A stretch of 48,998 bases of DNA from NCBI GenBank assembly GCA_016735445.1, contig JAERRN010000013.1, positions 1 to 48,998 of the forward strand, read 5' to 3'. The stretch comes from Rickettsiales bacterium (GTDB taxonomy: Bacteria; Pseudomonadota; Alphaproteobacteria; Rickettsiales; Deianiraeaceae). Shown piece by piece: positions 1 to 9,685 of the stretch. Positions within the stretch are counted from its first letter, which is position 1. Every line of letters starts with the position of its first letter. The translations under genes and the position numbers were made by a program. A model generated the notes under the pieces. The model did no database searches and was not told the DNA's origin. It saw nothing but the letters and a program-made list of their open reading frames with translations.

Positions 1-143
1 TACAAAACAATAATAGAAGAGTTATTTTTTATTGCAAATATTTTACCTTTTAACTGTAATTTTGCACTATATAGTTCTGCCAAAAAAATTACACTAGTGT
101 AAAATTAGGGTTAAAAATATAACTCTTCTATTATTGTTTTGTA
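1..143. repeat. 25-bp perfect inverted repeat (1-25 / 119-143) with a nested 14-bp palindrome at 89-102; it touches the window edge
   Basis: tacaaaacaataatagaagagttat (1-25) is the exact reverse complement of ataactcttctattattgttttgta (119-143). Pairing resumes at 27-30 / 114-117 after one mismatch. ttacactagtgtaa (89-102) is self-complementary. Confidence 0.9.
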
Positions 144-261
144 TACTAGGTTATGCTTTATATTTCAGTTTATTTTTTGACACCAAAACGCTAAGGTGTT
201 GTAATGAATTAACAACAACCAATAGTTACGAATAAACCAAAGAATGATAGTATTGTGAGTG

Positions 262-300
262 AGTAAATGCAGCTTACATAACCAGCAAGTTGCATTTACT
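262..300 (-). other. Stem-loop about 20 nt downstream of the pnp stop; possible 3' end or stability hairpin, with no U-tract
   Basis: agtaaatgcagctt (262-275) pairs with aagttgcatttact (287-300). This gives 14 positions with one non-Watson-Crick pair (272/290) and an 11-nt loop. There is no flanking T/A run, so it is not a canonical intrinsic terminator. Confidence 0.3.
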
Positions 301-319
301 ACGCCCCATTAATATTATA

Positions 320-2401
320 TTATTGTTTTTCTGCTTGCTTGATTGACAACTTAATTCTACGACGATCATCAAAACCTAGAACTTTTACCATAACAGAATC
401 CCCTTCTCCAAGGTAATCTGCTATATCTTCTATTCTTTCGTTTGCAATTTCACTAATATGAACCATGCCATTTTTATTGCCTGGCAATACAACCAATGCG
501 CCAAAAGGCATTAATCTATCAATAGTACCTGGGTATATTTTACCAACTTCAATATCGCTTACGGAATCAATAACCATCTGTTTTGCGATACTCATTTTTT
601 CTGCATTTGGTGCAAAAATACGTACCATTCCGTCTTGATCTATATCAATTTTACTTTCGGTTTCTTCGCATATTGCTTTTATATTTGCACCACTTTTACC
701 AATCAGTTCAGCAATCTTTTTAACAGGTATCTTAATCTCTTCTACCTTTGGTACTGACGCACCAATGTTAAGAGGGCTTGACACAGTGTTGTCCATTACT
801 TTTAATATTTCACCACAAGCGTCAACAGCTTGGTCAATTGCGATTGACATTATTTCTAAGCTAACACCGCTAATTTTAATATCCATTTGTAATGCTGTAA
901 TTCCTTTTTTGGTTTTTGCAACTTTAAAATCCATATCTCCAAAGTGATCTTCGTCGCCCATAATGTCTGTTAGGACTGCGAAATCGTCACCCTCTTTAAT
1001 TAACCCCATTGCTATACCAGAAACAGACGCCTTTAACGGAACACCAGTTGCTAGTAAGGACAATGTACTTCCGCAAACTGTCGCCATCGAAGATGAACCA
1101 TTTGATTCTGTAATTTCTGATACTACTCTAATTGTGTATGCAAATTCGTCTTTACTAGGTAAAACACTTTTTAAAGCTCTGTATGCTAAATTACCGTGAC
1201 CTATCTCGCGTCTGCCTGTTGGTCTTTGCGGTGTTGCTTCGCCAACAGAATATGGAGGAAAGTTGTAATGTAACATAAAGGATTCTTTTTTGTTTACGTC
1301 TGTAACTGTATTAACCATTTGCTCATCTAGACCACCACCTAGCGTTGTTACTACCAATGCTTGTGTTTCGCCACGAGTAAATAAAGCAGAGCCATGCACG
1401 GTGCTACTTGGAAGAATGTTTATCTCTGCGTTTAATGATCTAATTTCGGTAAATGATCTGCCGTCTATACGTTTTTTACTTGATAACATACGTTTACGCA
1501 TCAAATCTCCTTCTATTGATTGATATACTGATTTAACAACAATACTGGAATATTCTTCGGAGACAAATTTTTGGCTTATCTCTGAACGTACGATTTGTAA
1601 CGCATCTTTTCTATCCTGTTGTAAAGGAATCGTATAGGCATTGCTAATTTTGTCAGCATACCCTGATTCAATTAGTTTGCGTAATTCGGAATAATCAGGA
1701 ATAATGAAGTCTATTTTTTTTCTACCATGTTTTTGAACTACTTCTTCCATTAGTTTGATTACATCTTGAACAGATTCTTGTGCAAACTTCAACGCGCCAA
1801 CCATTTCTTTTGCTCCAAGCTCGCTTGCTTCGGATTCAACCATAAATATTGATGAGTTTGTTGATGAAACAAAAAGATCTAATTTGTTATCTGCTAACCC
1901 TGTTGCAGGATTAAGAATATATTCCCCATTTACATAACCAACTCTACAACCTGCCATCATGCCGGCAATTGGCGCCCCTGCTAAACCGCAAGCTAAAACT
2001 GCACCTATTAGTGTAGCAACTTCATTGTCGCTATCTGGGTCGTATGACAAAAGGGTACATGAAACTTGAACATCTCTAGAAAAGCCTTTTGCAAATAACG
2101 GGCGTAAAGTTCTATCAATCACACGTGATGTTAAAACCTCCCCTGTTGATGGACGACCTTCTCTTTTTAGATAACCGCCAGGTATTTTACCAACAGCGTA
2201 AAACTTCTCTGTGTAATTTACTGTTAGAGGTAAAAAATCTCTTTCTTCACCTGCACTACCAATAACAGCTGCACATAACACAACTGTGTCACCGTAAGAA
2301 ACAAGTACTGAGCCGTGCGCCTGTCTTGCTATCTTACCTATATTGAAAGATAGTTCTTTTTTCCCAAAACTGATTGAATAATTTTTACCTTCTAATGACA
2401 T
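320..2401 (-). CDS. pnp: Polyribonucleotide nucleotidyltransferase (PNPase)
   Basis: 693-aa ORF. Two RNase PH-like halves (GKIARQAHGSVLV..., REIGHGNLAYRAL, SNGSSSMATVCGSTLSL), a KH segment (IGKSGANIK) and a C-terminal S1 domain (GKIYPGTIDRLMPFGALVVL...GMVHISE). Confidence 0.97.
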   Translation of the reverse strand: MSLEGKNYSISFGKKELSFNIGKIARQAHGSVLVSYGDTVVLCAAVIGSAGEERDFLPLTVNYTEKFYAVGKIPGGYLKREGRPSTGEVLTSRVIDRTLRPLFAKGFSRDVQVSCTLLSYDPDSDNEVATLIGAVLACGLAGAPIAGMMAGCRVGYVNGEYILNPATGLADNKLDLFVSSTNSSIFMVESEASELGAKEMVGALKFAQESVQDVIKLMEEVVQKHGRKKIDFIIPDYSELRKLIESGYADKISNAYTIPLQQDRKDALQIVRSEISQKFVSEEYSSIVVKSVYQSIEGDLMRKRMLSSKKRIDGRSFTEIRSLNAEINILPSSTVHGSALFTRGETQALVVTTLGGGLDEQMVNTVTDVNKKESFMLHYNFPPYSVGEATPQRPTGRREIGHGNLAYRALKSVLPSKDEFAYTIRVVSEITESNGSSSMATVCGSTLSLLATGVPLKASVSGIAMGLIKEGDDFAVLTDIMGDEDHFGDMDFKVAKTKKGITALQMDIKISGVSLEIMSIAIDQAVDACGEILKVMDNTVSSPLNIGASVPKVEEIKIPVKKIAELIGKSGANIKAICEETESKIDIDQDGMVRIFAPNAEKMSIAKQMVIDSVSDIEVGKIYPGTIDRLMPFGALVVLPGNKNGMVHISEIANERIEDIADYLGEGDSVMVKVLGFDDRRRIKLSIKQAEKQ

Positions 2402-2513
2402 AATTTTACTTTGTAAAGTTGATAACTTATTGAAAACGATATTTGCTTAACGCATTAACGCATTGTCTAATAGTCTATTGACTAAGATATAGTAGACACG
2501 TTAATTTAACTAA

Positions 2514-4328
2514 TCAACTAAATATTTTATCTAATATTTGTTTTATAATATTTATTGTGACTTTTGCAGTTTTAATTAATATTTTTACAAGATTTTTTTG
2601 CATACATAAACTAGCTTGGTGCTTTTTTTTGTCTGATATTTTTTTTGCATGTTTTTTTATACAACCATCATGTTTGTCCAAAATTTTATATTTTATTTCA
2701 GATCCATTTATTTGCACCTCTCTTACAACAAAGGCGTCAATAGGTAACGATGAGCTTTCTTTTACTTGAGTCTCAAAATTTTTCTCTTTTACTAATTTTG
2801 TAAATTCCGCCTCTTTGCTCTGAAATAGTAAATATTGCGCTACAAAATCGCTACAGAGTATTTCGACCTTTGTTAAATTTTCGGTCCTAGTGCAGTTTTG
2901 TAGAGAACGCAATATTAAGTTGGTAACAAACTTACCCGACCGTACCCTACCTATGCCGTAACAAGAAGGGCATTGTAGAGTTAACATATCTATAACGCTT
3001 GTTCTTAAACGTTGACGAGAGCATTCTAACAAACCAAACATACTTATTCTAGACGTTCGCGTCTTTGCTCTATCACGTCCTAGCGATCTATTAAAAGTAT
3101 TCTCTACGTTCTTTCTATGAACCGCGGATAGCATGTCGATAAAATCAATAACTATTAAGCCGCCTAACTCCCTTAACCTTAGTTGTCTTGCCACTTCAAC
3201 TGCTGCTTCTAAATTAATTTGTAAAGCTGTTGACTCAACGTCTTTTTCACCAGTGGCACGACCAGAGTTAACATCGACCGCAACAAGGGCTTCTGTTTGG
3301 TTAATAATTAAGTAGCCTCCTGATTCCAATTCTACTCTTTCACTGAGAAGTTCGTCTATTTGTTTTTCGATGCCGTATTTGGAAAATAGTGATTTTTTAC
3401 CTTTGTATGCAACAACTTTACTCTGTTCAGACTCAAACATTTCGTTAAATAATTTAACAACTTCTTGGTACTTACTTCCTTCAATTATAACCTTCTCTAC
3501 TGTGCTAGAGTATCTATCTCGCATAACCTGCTTTATTGGGTCGGAGTCGGAATAAACCAATGATTGAGTTTTTGATTGTAATGTTGTTTGCCTTATCTCA
3601 TTCCATAAACCTATAAGACTTAAAAAATCTTTTTCTAACTCTTTCTCCTCAATTCCCATACCCGCTGTCCTAACTACAACGCTCATACCGTCTGATATTG
3701 GAAAACGCTTAACCATGTCTAAAATCCTGTGTCTTTCTTTTGGATCTAATATTTTTCTAGATATATTAAAACCTCCCCTACTATTTGGCATAAAAACACA
3801 ATACCTACCTGCCAAACTAACATAAGTTGTTAAAGATACCCCCTTGTTACCTCTACTGTCTTTGTACACCTGAACCAAAACATTTTGCCCTCTTTTTATT
3901 ACCTCTTGTATGTTGTACTTTTTATAAATATTTTTATCATGAGATATCGGAGTAGGAGCGTTATTTTCTTCATCATTTACCTCATTGTCTTCTTCATGCT
4001 CGTCATCGCTATGCTTGCTTGCTTCTCCCATTAATTCTGTTTTATCGCAAGATGGTAATTGGTAATAATCTAGGTGTATTTCTGAGAACGGTAGAAATCC
4101 ATTTTTATCGCCACCAAAATCAATAAATGCACACTGCAGAGAATGCTCTACCCGTGCAACAGTGCCTAAGTATATATTGTTTTTTATCGATTTTTCATTA
4201 AACCCCTCTAAAAACAACTCTTCGAGTTTCCCCTTGTTGTCTATTATTGCGATTCTTAGATTGGAAGATTGAACCGAGTCGATCAATACCAGCTCCGATT
4301 TCTGTTCCAAATTCTGTTCTTTTGTCAT
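2514..4328 (-). CDS. rne: Ribonuclease E/G family endoribonuclease
   Basis: 604-aa ORF. N-terminal S1 domain (NIYLGTVARVEHSLQCAFIDFGGDKNGFLPFSEI) and catalytic core (ALVAVDVNSG, GGLIVIDFIDM, Cys pair CPSCYG). There is an acidic insertion (SDDEHEEDNEVNDEENN) after the S1 domain. Confidence 0.9.
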   Translation of the reverse strand: MTKEQNLEQKSELVLIDSVQSSNLRIAIIDNKGKLEELFLEGFNEKSIKNNIYLGTVARVEHSLQCAFIDFGGDKNGFLPFSEIHLDYYQLPSCDKTELMGEASKHSDDEHEEDNEVNDEENNAPTPISHDKNIYKKYNIQEVIKRGQNVLVQVYKDSRGNKGVSLTTYVSLAGRYCVFMPNSRGGFNISRKILDPKERHRILDMVKRFPISDGMSVVVRTAGMGIEEKELEKDFLSLIGLWNEIRQTTLQSKTQSLVYSDSDPIKQVMRDRYSSTVEKVIIEGSKYQEVVKLFNEMFESEQSKVVAYKGKKSLFSKYGIEKQIDELLSERVELESGGYLIINQTEALVAVDVNSGRATGEKDVESTALQINLEAAVEVARQLRLRELGGLIVIDFIDMLSAVHRKNVENTFNRSLGRDRAKTRTSRISMFGLLECSRQRLRTSVIDMLTLQCPSCYGIGRVRSGKFVTNLILRSLQNCTRTENLTKVEILCSDFVAQYLLFQSKEAEFTKLVKEKNFETQVKESSSLPIDAFVVREVQINGSEIKYKILDKHDGCIKKHAKKISDKKKHQASLCMQKNLVKILIKTAKVTINIIKQILDKIFS

Positions 4329-4774
4329 ATTTTAATAATTTAAACTTACAAATGCTTATAATGCTAACAATACCCACTACCATAGTGCTTACTTTTTTAT
4401 TTAAGTAACGCCAAAACTACAAAAAATACTAGCATGTTTGCTTTTTTTGAAGCTTCGCAAGTTTCTAACCGTAAATCTAACTATATACACACGTGACAAC
4501 ATGTAAAATCTATTAAGTAACACTATTTAGTGTTATAAACTTACTTATCTAACATGTAAATAGAGTAACAGTACGTATAAATTTACCAAACACACATAAC
4601 TAATATGTAACAACATACAGGTAATGAACAAGACTACAAATTAATAGCTATATTCTAGCAACACTGCCTATTATATTGCTTTTTAAAATCAAGATAATAC
4701 ATATTGCATGGCTTTAATTATGCATTGCGCTACAGCTTTATCTTGCTTAGTTTTTAAATTTTTAATTGATAATT

Positions 4775-5722
4775 ATGGAAGAGCAACACTGCAAAGCTGG
4801 ATTGTTTAAAAACTTTTTGTTACTTTTTTTATTTTTTTTAGCACTTAACGTTAGGGTAGCTTTTTGCAATAATATTGAAGATCAAGAAACCCCCGTACAA
4901 GACTACTATAGAGCAATGCACCAATACACTAATGGGCAATATGCTAATGCAAAAAAATCTTTTGAAGACATTGAGCGAAGATACCCTACTTTTCCCTTTA
5001 TGAAGCAAGTAAAGATAATGATTGTATATTTGTTATATATGGATCGAGAATACGGAAGTGCTGTTGACAACATAGAGGGTTTTTTAAGTATGCATCCAAA
5101 TAGCGGATATGAGCCATATTTAGCTTACTTGCGAGCAATTTGCTTTTATCGTCAGGTTACTGGTTTACAAAAATCTTACGAAATGCGTGTAAAAGCACTT
5201 GCAGAAATGGAAAGCGTTATTGTGAGATTTGGTGACACAGTTTACGCTAAAAAGGCAAAAGAAACAGTTGAGTATTTAAAAAAGTTAATTATTTACAATG
5301 AATTCTTAATTGGACAAACTTACCATAACGAAAGAGCTTACTTTGCCGCTATTAACAGATATTTACGCGCTCTGTCTATCGACAAAAAAACAAAAAGGAA
5401 GGATTTTTTACCGGTAATTTATTTTAGGTTATACGAATGTTATCACGATTTAGACATTAATATCTTAGAAGACAAATATAGAAATTTATTTAATAAGTCT
5501 GTTAAAAATCTGCATGGCTCAATCTCTTTTAATATAGAGGGGCTTATTTCGTATGTTTCACCAGAATATACCGCAGAAGCTGCTTTGGTTATAGCTGATA
5601 AAAAAGCAGCCAAGGTTGCTAAAAAAGAGGAAAAAAACGACCGTAAGAGAATAAAAAAAGAAATTGAAGAAAGGGTAAAAAAAGAAAAGAAAATCCTTAA
5701 ACAAGAAGTGCATCTGGAATAG
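4775..5722 (+). CDS. bamD: Outer-membrane protein assembly factor BamD (YfiO-like TPR lipoprotein) with a Lys/Glu-rich C-terminal tail
   Basis: Hydrophobic signal ending in a lipobox-like VAFC. TPR-like helices follow (YYRAMHQYTNGQYANAKKSFEDIERRYP, HPNSGYEPYLAYLRAICFY). The track ORF opens at a TTG at 4766; the ATG at 4775 is the more likely start. Confidence 0.8.
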   Translation: MEEQHCKAGLFKNFLLLFLFFLALNVRVAFCNNIEDQETPVQDYYRAMHQYTNGQYANAKKSFEDIERRYPTFPFMKQVKIMIVYLLYMDREYGSAVDNIEGFLSMHPNSGYEPYLAYLRAICFYRQVTGLQKSYEMRVKALAEMESVIVRFGDTVYAKKAKETVEYLKKLIIYNEFLIGQTYHNERAYFAAINRYLRALSIDKKTKRKDFLPVIYFRLYECYHDLDINILEDKYRNLFNKSVKNLHGSISFNIEGLISYVSPEYTAEAALVIADKKAAKVAKKEEKNDRKRIKKEIEERVKKEKKILKQEVHLE

Positions 5723-6268
5723 AAACAATTAACAATTAGGTAAGTACCATCAATCTATTTTTTGTATATTTTGTTAATGTAAGTTATAAGTTATCGCTTT
5801 TTTCCTGTCAATTTTTTCTATGTATGGAAAATCGTTTGGCAATGGGATAATTTTGTGGATAAACATAGATAAAATATTAGTTACGGTTACCATGTGTCAT
5901 AAAATAAATAATAAAATTATGATTGGCGTTTTAATAGTGCAAACTTTAAAAGCTGCAAAGGTAAATAGAAGGAAACGATGTTAAAAAGTGTAATATTTGT
6001 AAACTTAAAAAGGTCAGGCATTGTGTGTCCGTCAAGATTTGCCAAATATATTTTACAAATGCTAAACCTGTAAGTTTTTAGCTATTTTTATGTTAAGAAA
6101 TAAACGATTTGTATCGTAGATTTTTTGTATTTTTTGTTTGTAAATATGCAAATGTAAACTTTTTTCCAATAGCCAATAGGTTTAATTTTTTACGGCAATA
6201 TAATATATTTGGCGTAGTTAAAAAATGATTAACTAATTTATTTAGCACTATTGCTAAAAATATAAAAA

Positions 6269-7705
6269 TTATATATTTCTTATTTTTGGAGTAGCGTTTT
6301 TAAAGTTCTTTTTACCGTATACCCAACAAAAATATTGGCTAATCGAGTCCACTTGATCGTCGTGCTTACACATTGGAAACGACATTAATTCTGCTATAAA
6401 ATCTTGTAAAAAGGTTGCTTTCTTGGGTAATAAAAATCGCCCTGACTCTATTGCAACAAGGGCATGGTTAAAGCGGGTTATTTTATCATTTTTTGGATGT
6501 ATTGCTATAATGCCTTGGTAACCGTTAAAACAAAGCTCTTGTATTAACGATGAACCGTTTGACGTGTCTTCTATCAGGACAGCGGTAGACTTGTATTTTG
6601 CAATTAAATCCATAACTTTCTTTCTCAATTCAGGATAATTATACCTACCTTTGTCAACATGGGCTAGAAGGTGATTTTTATTTTTATCTACCGCTATAAC
6701 AGACATAGCGCTGTAGTCGCTGGTTTCTTTTTTACTCTTTGCGCAATCTATACTTATATACCAATTAGTACAGTTTTGTAAGTCTTCGTCTTTGTAATAT
6801 TTTATCCAGCAATTTTTTATTAACCCGCTGTCTTCTTTTATTGGTGCTTGTTGGTATTGTGCTTGAAAATGATAAGAACCTATTGTACTGGCAACCGATG
6901 TTAACATTTCAAGCGTTTCTCTGTTTTGATTTAATGATTCGTTTTCTTTTCTAGCACGGTATATTTTATCGTTAAACTTAATTTCTTCTAATTCTGTACC
7001 AATTGCTGGAAGGATAATTTTCTGCCAGTTATCAGGTTCGTTTTCTATTAAATAGCCGCTTAAATCTTCTGCATGTAATCGTTGCATAACTATTATAATT
7101 ACGCCTTTTTTTTTATCGTCCAATCTAGACATTAAAGATGTTTGAAACCAATCTATTACCCTATCTCTTTGGTTTTTTGACATGACATTAATTGGTGTTT
7201 GTGGGTCATCTACAATTAATATATTGCCACCGTCTCCTAACAAAGTACCACCTATTGAGGTGGCAAAATAATAACCTCTTTTTGTGGTTGCAAATCGTTC
7301 TTTTGTGTCCCTACCAACTGCTATTTTAGAACTTGGAAAAACATTTTGATACCATGGGTTTTTCATCATTGCCCTGCAATCTGTTGCGTGTTTAACGCTT
7401 AGCGCCTGAGAATATGACGAAACAATAATTCTCTCCGTTGGCCGAATACCAAGCAACCAAGCTGGAAACGCAACGCTAACACATAAAGATTTTAAATTTC
7501 TTGGCGGTAAATTAATAATTAATCTTTTTATTTTACTCTCAGCACACATTTGCAAAGCATCGCAAATCATTTCTAAATGCCAATTTGGGTAAAATTTAAT
7601 CCCCGGCATAATAACGTGAAAAGACTTACGCAAAAAACTATACAGGTCACCCCTTACCTGCATTCTTAGTACTTCTTTTATTGTTTTCTCCATTTTATTA
7701 TCCAT
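6269..7705 (-). CDS. Phage terminase large subunit-like protein, standing alone with no other phage genes nearby
   Basis: 478 aa. The N-terminal ATPase has ...RLIINLPPRNLKS at the Walker A position and ILIVDDPQ as Walker B. The C-terminal RNase H-like nuclease has WYISIDCA...SDYSA and KHDDQVDSISQ. Its neighbours are bamD and a solute-binding protein gene. Confidence 0.8.
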   Translation of the reverse strand: MDNKMEKTIKEVLRMQVRGDLYSFLRKSFHVIMPGIKFYPNWHLEMICDALQMCAESKIKRLIINLPPRNLKSLCVSVAFPAWLLGIRPTERIIVSSYSQALSVKHATDCRAMMKNPWYQNVFPSSKIAVGRDTKERFATTKRGYYFATSIGGTLLGDGGNILIVDDPQTPINVMSKNQRDRVIDWFQTSLMSRLDDKKKGVIIIVMQRLHAEDLSGYLIENEPDNWQKIILPAIGTELEEIKFNDKIYRARKENESLNQNRETLEMLTSVASTIGSYHFQAQYQQAPIKEDSGLIKNCWIKYYKDEDLQNCTNWYISIDCAKSKKETSDYSAMSVIAVDKNKNHLLAHVDKGRYNYPELRKKVMDLIAKYKSTAVLIEDTSNGSSLIQELCFNGYQGIIAIHPKNDKITRFNHALVAIESGRFLLPKKATFLQDFIAELMSFPMCKHDDQVDSISQYFCWVYGKKNFKNATPKIRNI

Positions 7706-7956
7706 TGCCTGCGGTATAAATACTGATAAACCTACAAGACTAATAAGTCGCTTTAAAACATTTTATCCTTATATTCTCTATATTTGCTATAGAATGTCAG
7801 CCTTATAAATAGATTTTATTAAAAATCACAACAACACTTTTTTAAACAAAGGAAGCAATAACGCTATTATTGTTTATTTATGTGCTATTTTAAACATACA
7901 ATATACGCTTTATGTCTTTGTTGCGTGTGTTATAAGGTGTAAATATGTATAATAAT

Positions 7957-8958
7957 TTACCTTTTAGGTGCTTGTGTAATGGTTGCTTGTTCCGCTTTGT
8001 CTTCACGGCAAATGCACTGCTCAATATTTTGCAGCAAATTATTGGTAAATAATACATACCCTTGCAAACCATCCTCTATTTTAATGCTTCGCCCATCTAT
8101 GTCTATTAATTTTATTTCAATTTTATCATCATTTATATGACGTAACCAACTTAGCGTTGTGTTGTCTATATTTTTATAATGAGAACTATCTGCAAGAATG
8201 CAAATATTATTGTGCGTCTTTCGAATTTCCTCGATAATTTTATAGTTTATTTTACCATCTTTATGTAAAATTTGCCCCTTATAGTTAATATCGTAATCAT
8301 CTGCAAATTGCACTATTGCTCCATCTATGTCAAACACTGGATTATTGCAATTTTTTAACTGCCCTCTTATTTTTTTGTCTATCTCATTTAGTGTATTAAT
8401 AGCTTTATTTACCGCATTTTGTTGCTTAGTAAAATTTTTACCCTTCTCCTGTGATGTGTTTAAAACAGTAGGTGGAATATCCTTACGCAAGGCATTGTAA
8501 AGAAATACCATCACCCTTTTGGTCGCCATTGGTGAAACCCAGAAATGGTCATTTAATTTTAGGTCATTTCGACCATTAGCACACAGCAAATTAATATATT
8601 TTAACCCAAAATGCTTTTTGCTTTTTTCGATTAGCAAAGATGATTTTGGAAATAAACCTATTACCCATTTTGCATTTTGTATACTTTTTATGCTATTATT
8701 TTGCAAACCAACGTTACTATGTATTGGGCAACCATCGTTAATACTTAAAAATTCTACCTTTATGTCCATTTCTAGGCTGTTTAGCATAGCCCCAATTGGT
8801 CTTGCAAAAACAAGAGCTATATCCTCTTTTTGCTGTACTGTTTTTTTGTTTATAGTTTTATCTGTATTTATTATTATTAACAATAATAAGGATACAACTA
8901 TAAACATTGCAATAGGAAGCTTTTTTTTACCCGCTTGATTAGAACTATTATTATACAT
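7957..8958 (-). CDS. ZnuA/TroA-like periplasmic metal-binding protein (ABC substrate-binding component), with no permease or ATPase gene adjacent
   Basis: 333 aa with an N-terminal TM/signal (LPIAMFIVVSLLLLIII). It is collinear with ZnuA: FARPIGAMLNSL, DGCPIHSN...IQNAKWVIGL, NDHFWVSPMATK, FDIDGAIVQFADDYDI, NICILADSSH. Confidence 0.6.
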   Translation of the reverse strand: MYNNSSNQAGKKKLPIAMFIVVSLLLLIIINTDKTINKKTVQQKEDIALVFARPIGAMLNSLEMDIKVEFLSINDGCPIHSNVGLQNNSIKSIQNAKWVIGLFPKSSLLIEKSKKHFGLKYINLLCANGRNDLKLNDHFWVSPMATKRVMVFLYNALRKDIPPTVLNTSQEKGKNFTKQQNAVNKAINTLNEIDKKIRGQLKNCNNPVFDIDGAIVQFADDYDINYKGQILHKDGKINYKIIEEIRKTHNNICILADSSHYKNIDNTTLSWLRHINDDKIEIKLIDIDGRSIKIEDGLQGYVLFTNNLLQNIEQCICREDKAEQATITQAPKR

Positions 8959-9070
8959 TATGTATTGTATATTGTGATGTTTGACAAAAAACTACACGCT
9001 AAACCTTATACACCATCTGATACGTTATTAGCGTGTAAAGACAAGATGTTACTATAGCAACGAAGTAGGT

Positions 9071-9532
9071 TTATTTTTTTTCCTTTGCAGCTTCTTTCTG
9101 TTCATTTTGCTCGTAATAAAGCTTTGAAAAGTCAATCAAGTCTAACATTAATGGTGGAAATCCGCCACTAACAGACAAGCTGTATACCGCTTCTCTTGCA
9201 AAGGGGTAAATTATACCTGGACAATATATTAGTAATATCATTTCTAAATCTTCTGGTTGTGCATTTGATACACCAAATACGCCCGCGTAAGAGATGTCTA
9301 AAACAAACAATTCACGACCATTTGGCGCAACCGAACTTGCAAGAATGTCTACGACTACTTCGTACACGTCTTCTTGAAAGTTTGTAGCGCGTACTGAAAC
9401 GTCTATATTTACTGTTGCATCACTTGTTGCCTTCGCAACAGCGTCACTTGGTAAAATTTTTGACTCAAAATTGGCATACTTTAAATATTGCCTCACCAGT
9501 AACAAACCTGGTATTGTTGTCTCTTTTGCCAT
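9071..9532 (-). CDS. secB: Protein-export chaperone SecB
   Basis: 153 aa. LLVRQYLKYANFESKILP..., typical SecB length and an acidic C-terminus. It lies divergent from a Tim44-like gene, as in many alphaproteobacteria. Confidence 0.9.
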   Translation of the reverse strand: MAKETTIPGLLLVRQYLKYANFESKILPSDAVAKATSDATVNIDVSVRATNFQEDVYEVVVDILASSVAPNGRELFVLDISYAGVFGVSNAQPEDLEMILLIYCPGIIYPFAREAVYSLSVSGGFPPLMLDLIDFSKLYYEQNEQKEAAKEKK

Positions 9533-9685
9533 AAACTAAAAAATAATAAAGGTGCTAATATGTGTTAGTTTGGTTTTTACTTAATTAATTTGCAAATAAA
9601 TTTTATTATGAAATCAGTTTATTTAGTTTTGTATAGTACGTGTTGTGGTTCTGTTACATTTTATTGACATTAGTTTTTCTTACAT

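Noticed and set aside
765-1523. Three plus-strand ORFs (765-947, 963-1199, 1290-1523) inside pnp. Similar 60-140-aa ORFs lie inside rne, the ZnuA-like gene, dapF, ftsK, uvrD, murF, trkA, dxs, gyrA and alaS.
   Set aside because: All lie fully within long, motif-supported genes on the opposite strand or in another frame. They have the L/S/F/I/C-rich composition typical of antisense shadows in AT-rich DNA and carry no recognisable motifs.
4561-4576. 16/17-nt match tagagtaacagtacgt (4561) to tagagtaacagttacgt (33601) between two intergenic regions, considered as a shared regulatory motif.
   Set aside because: My rough expectation for matches of this length in 49 kb of AT-rich sequence on both strands is several by chance. 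The two sites also have unrelated gene contexts.
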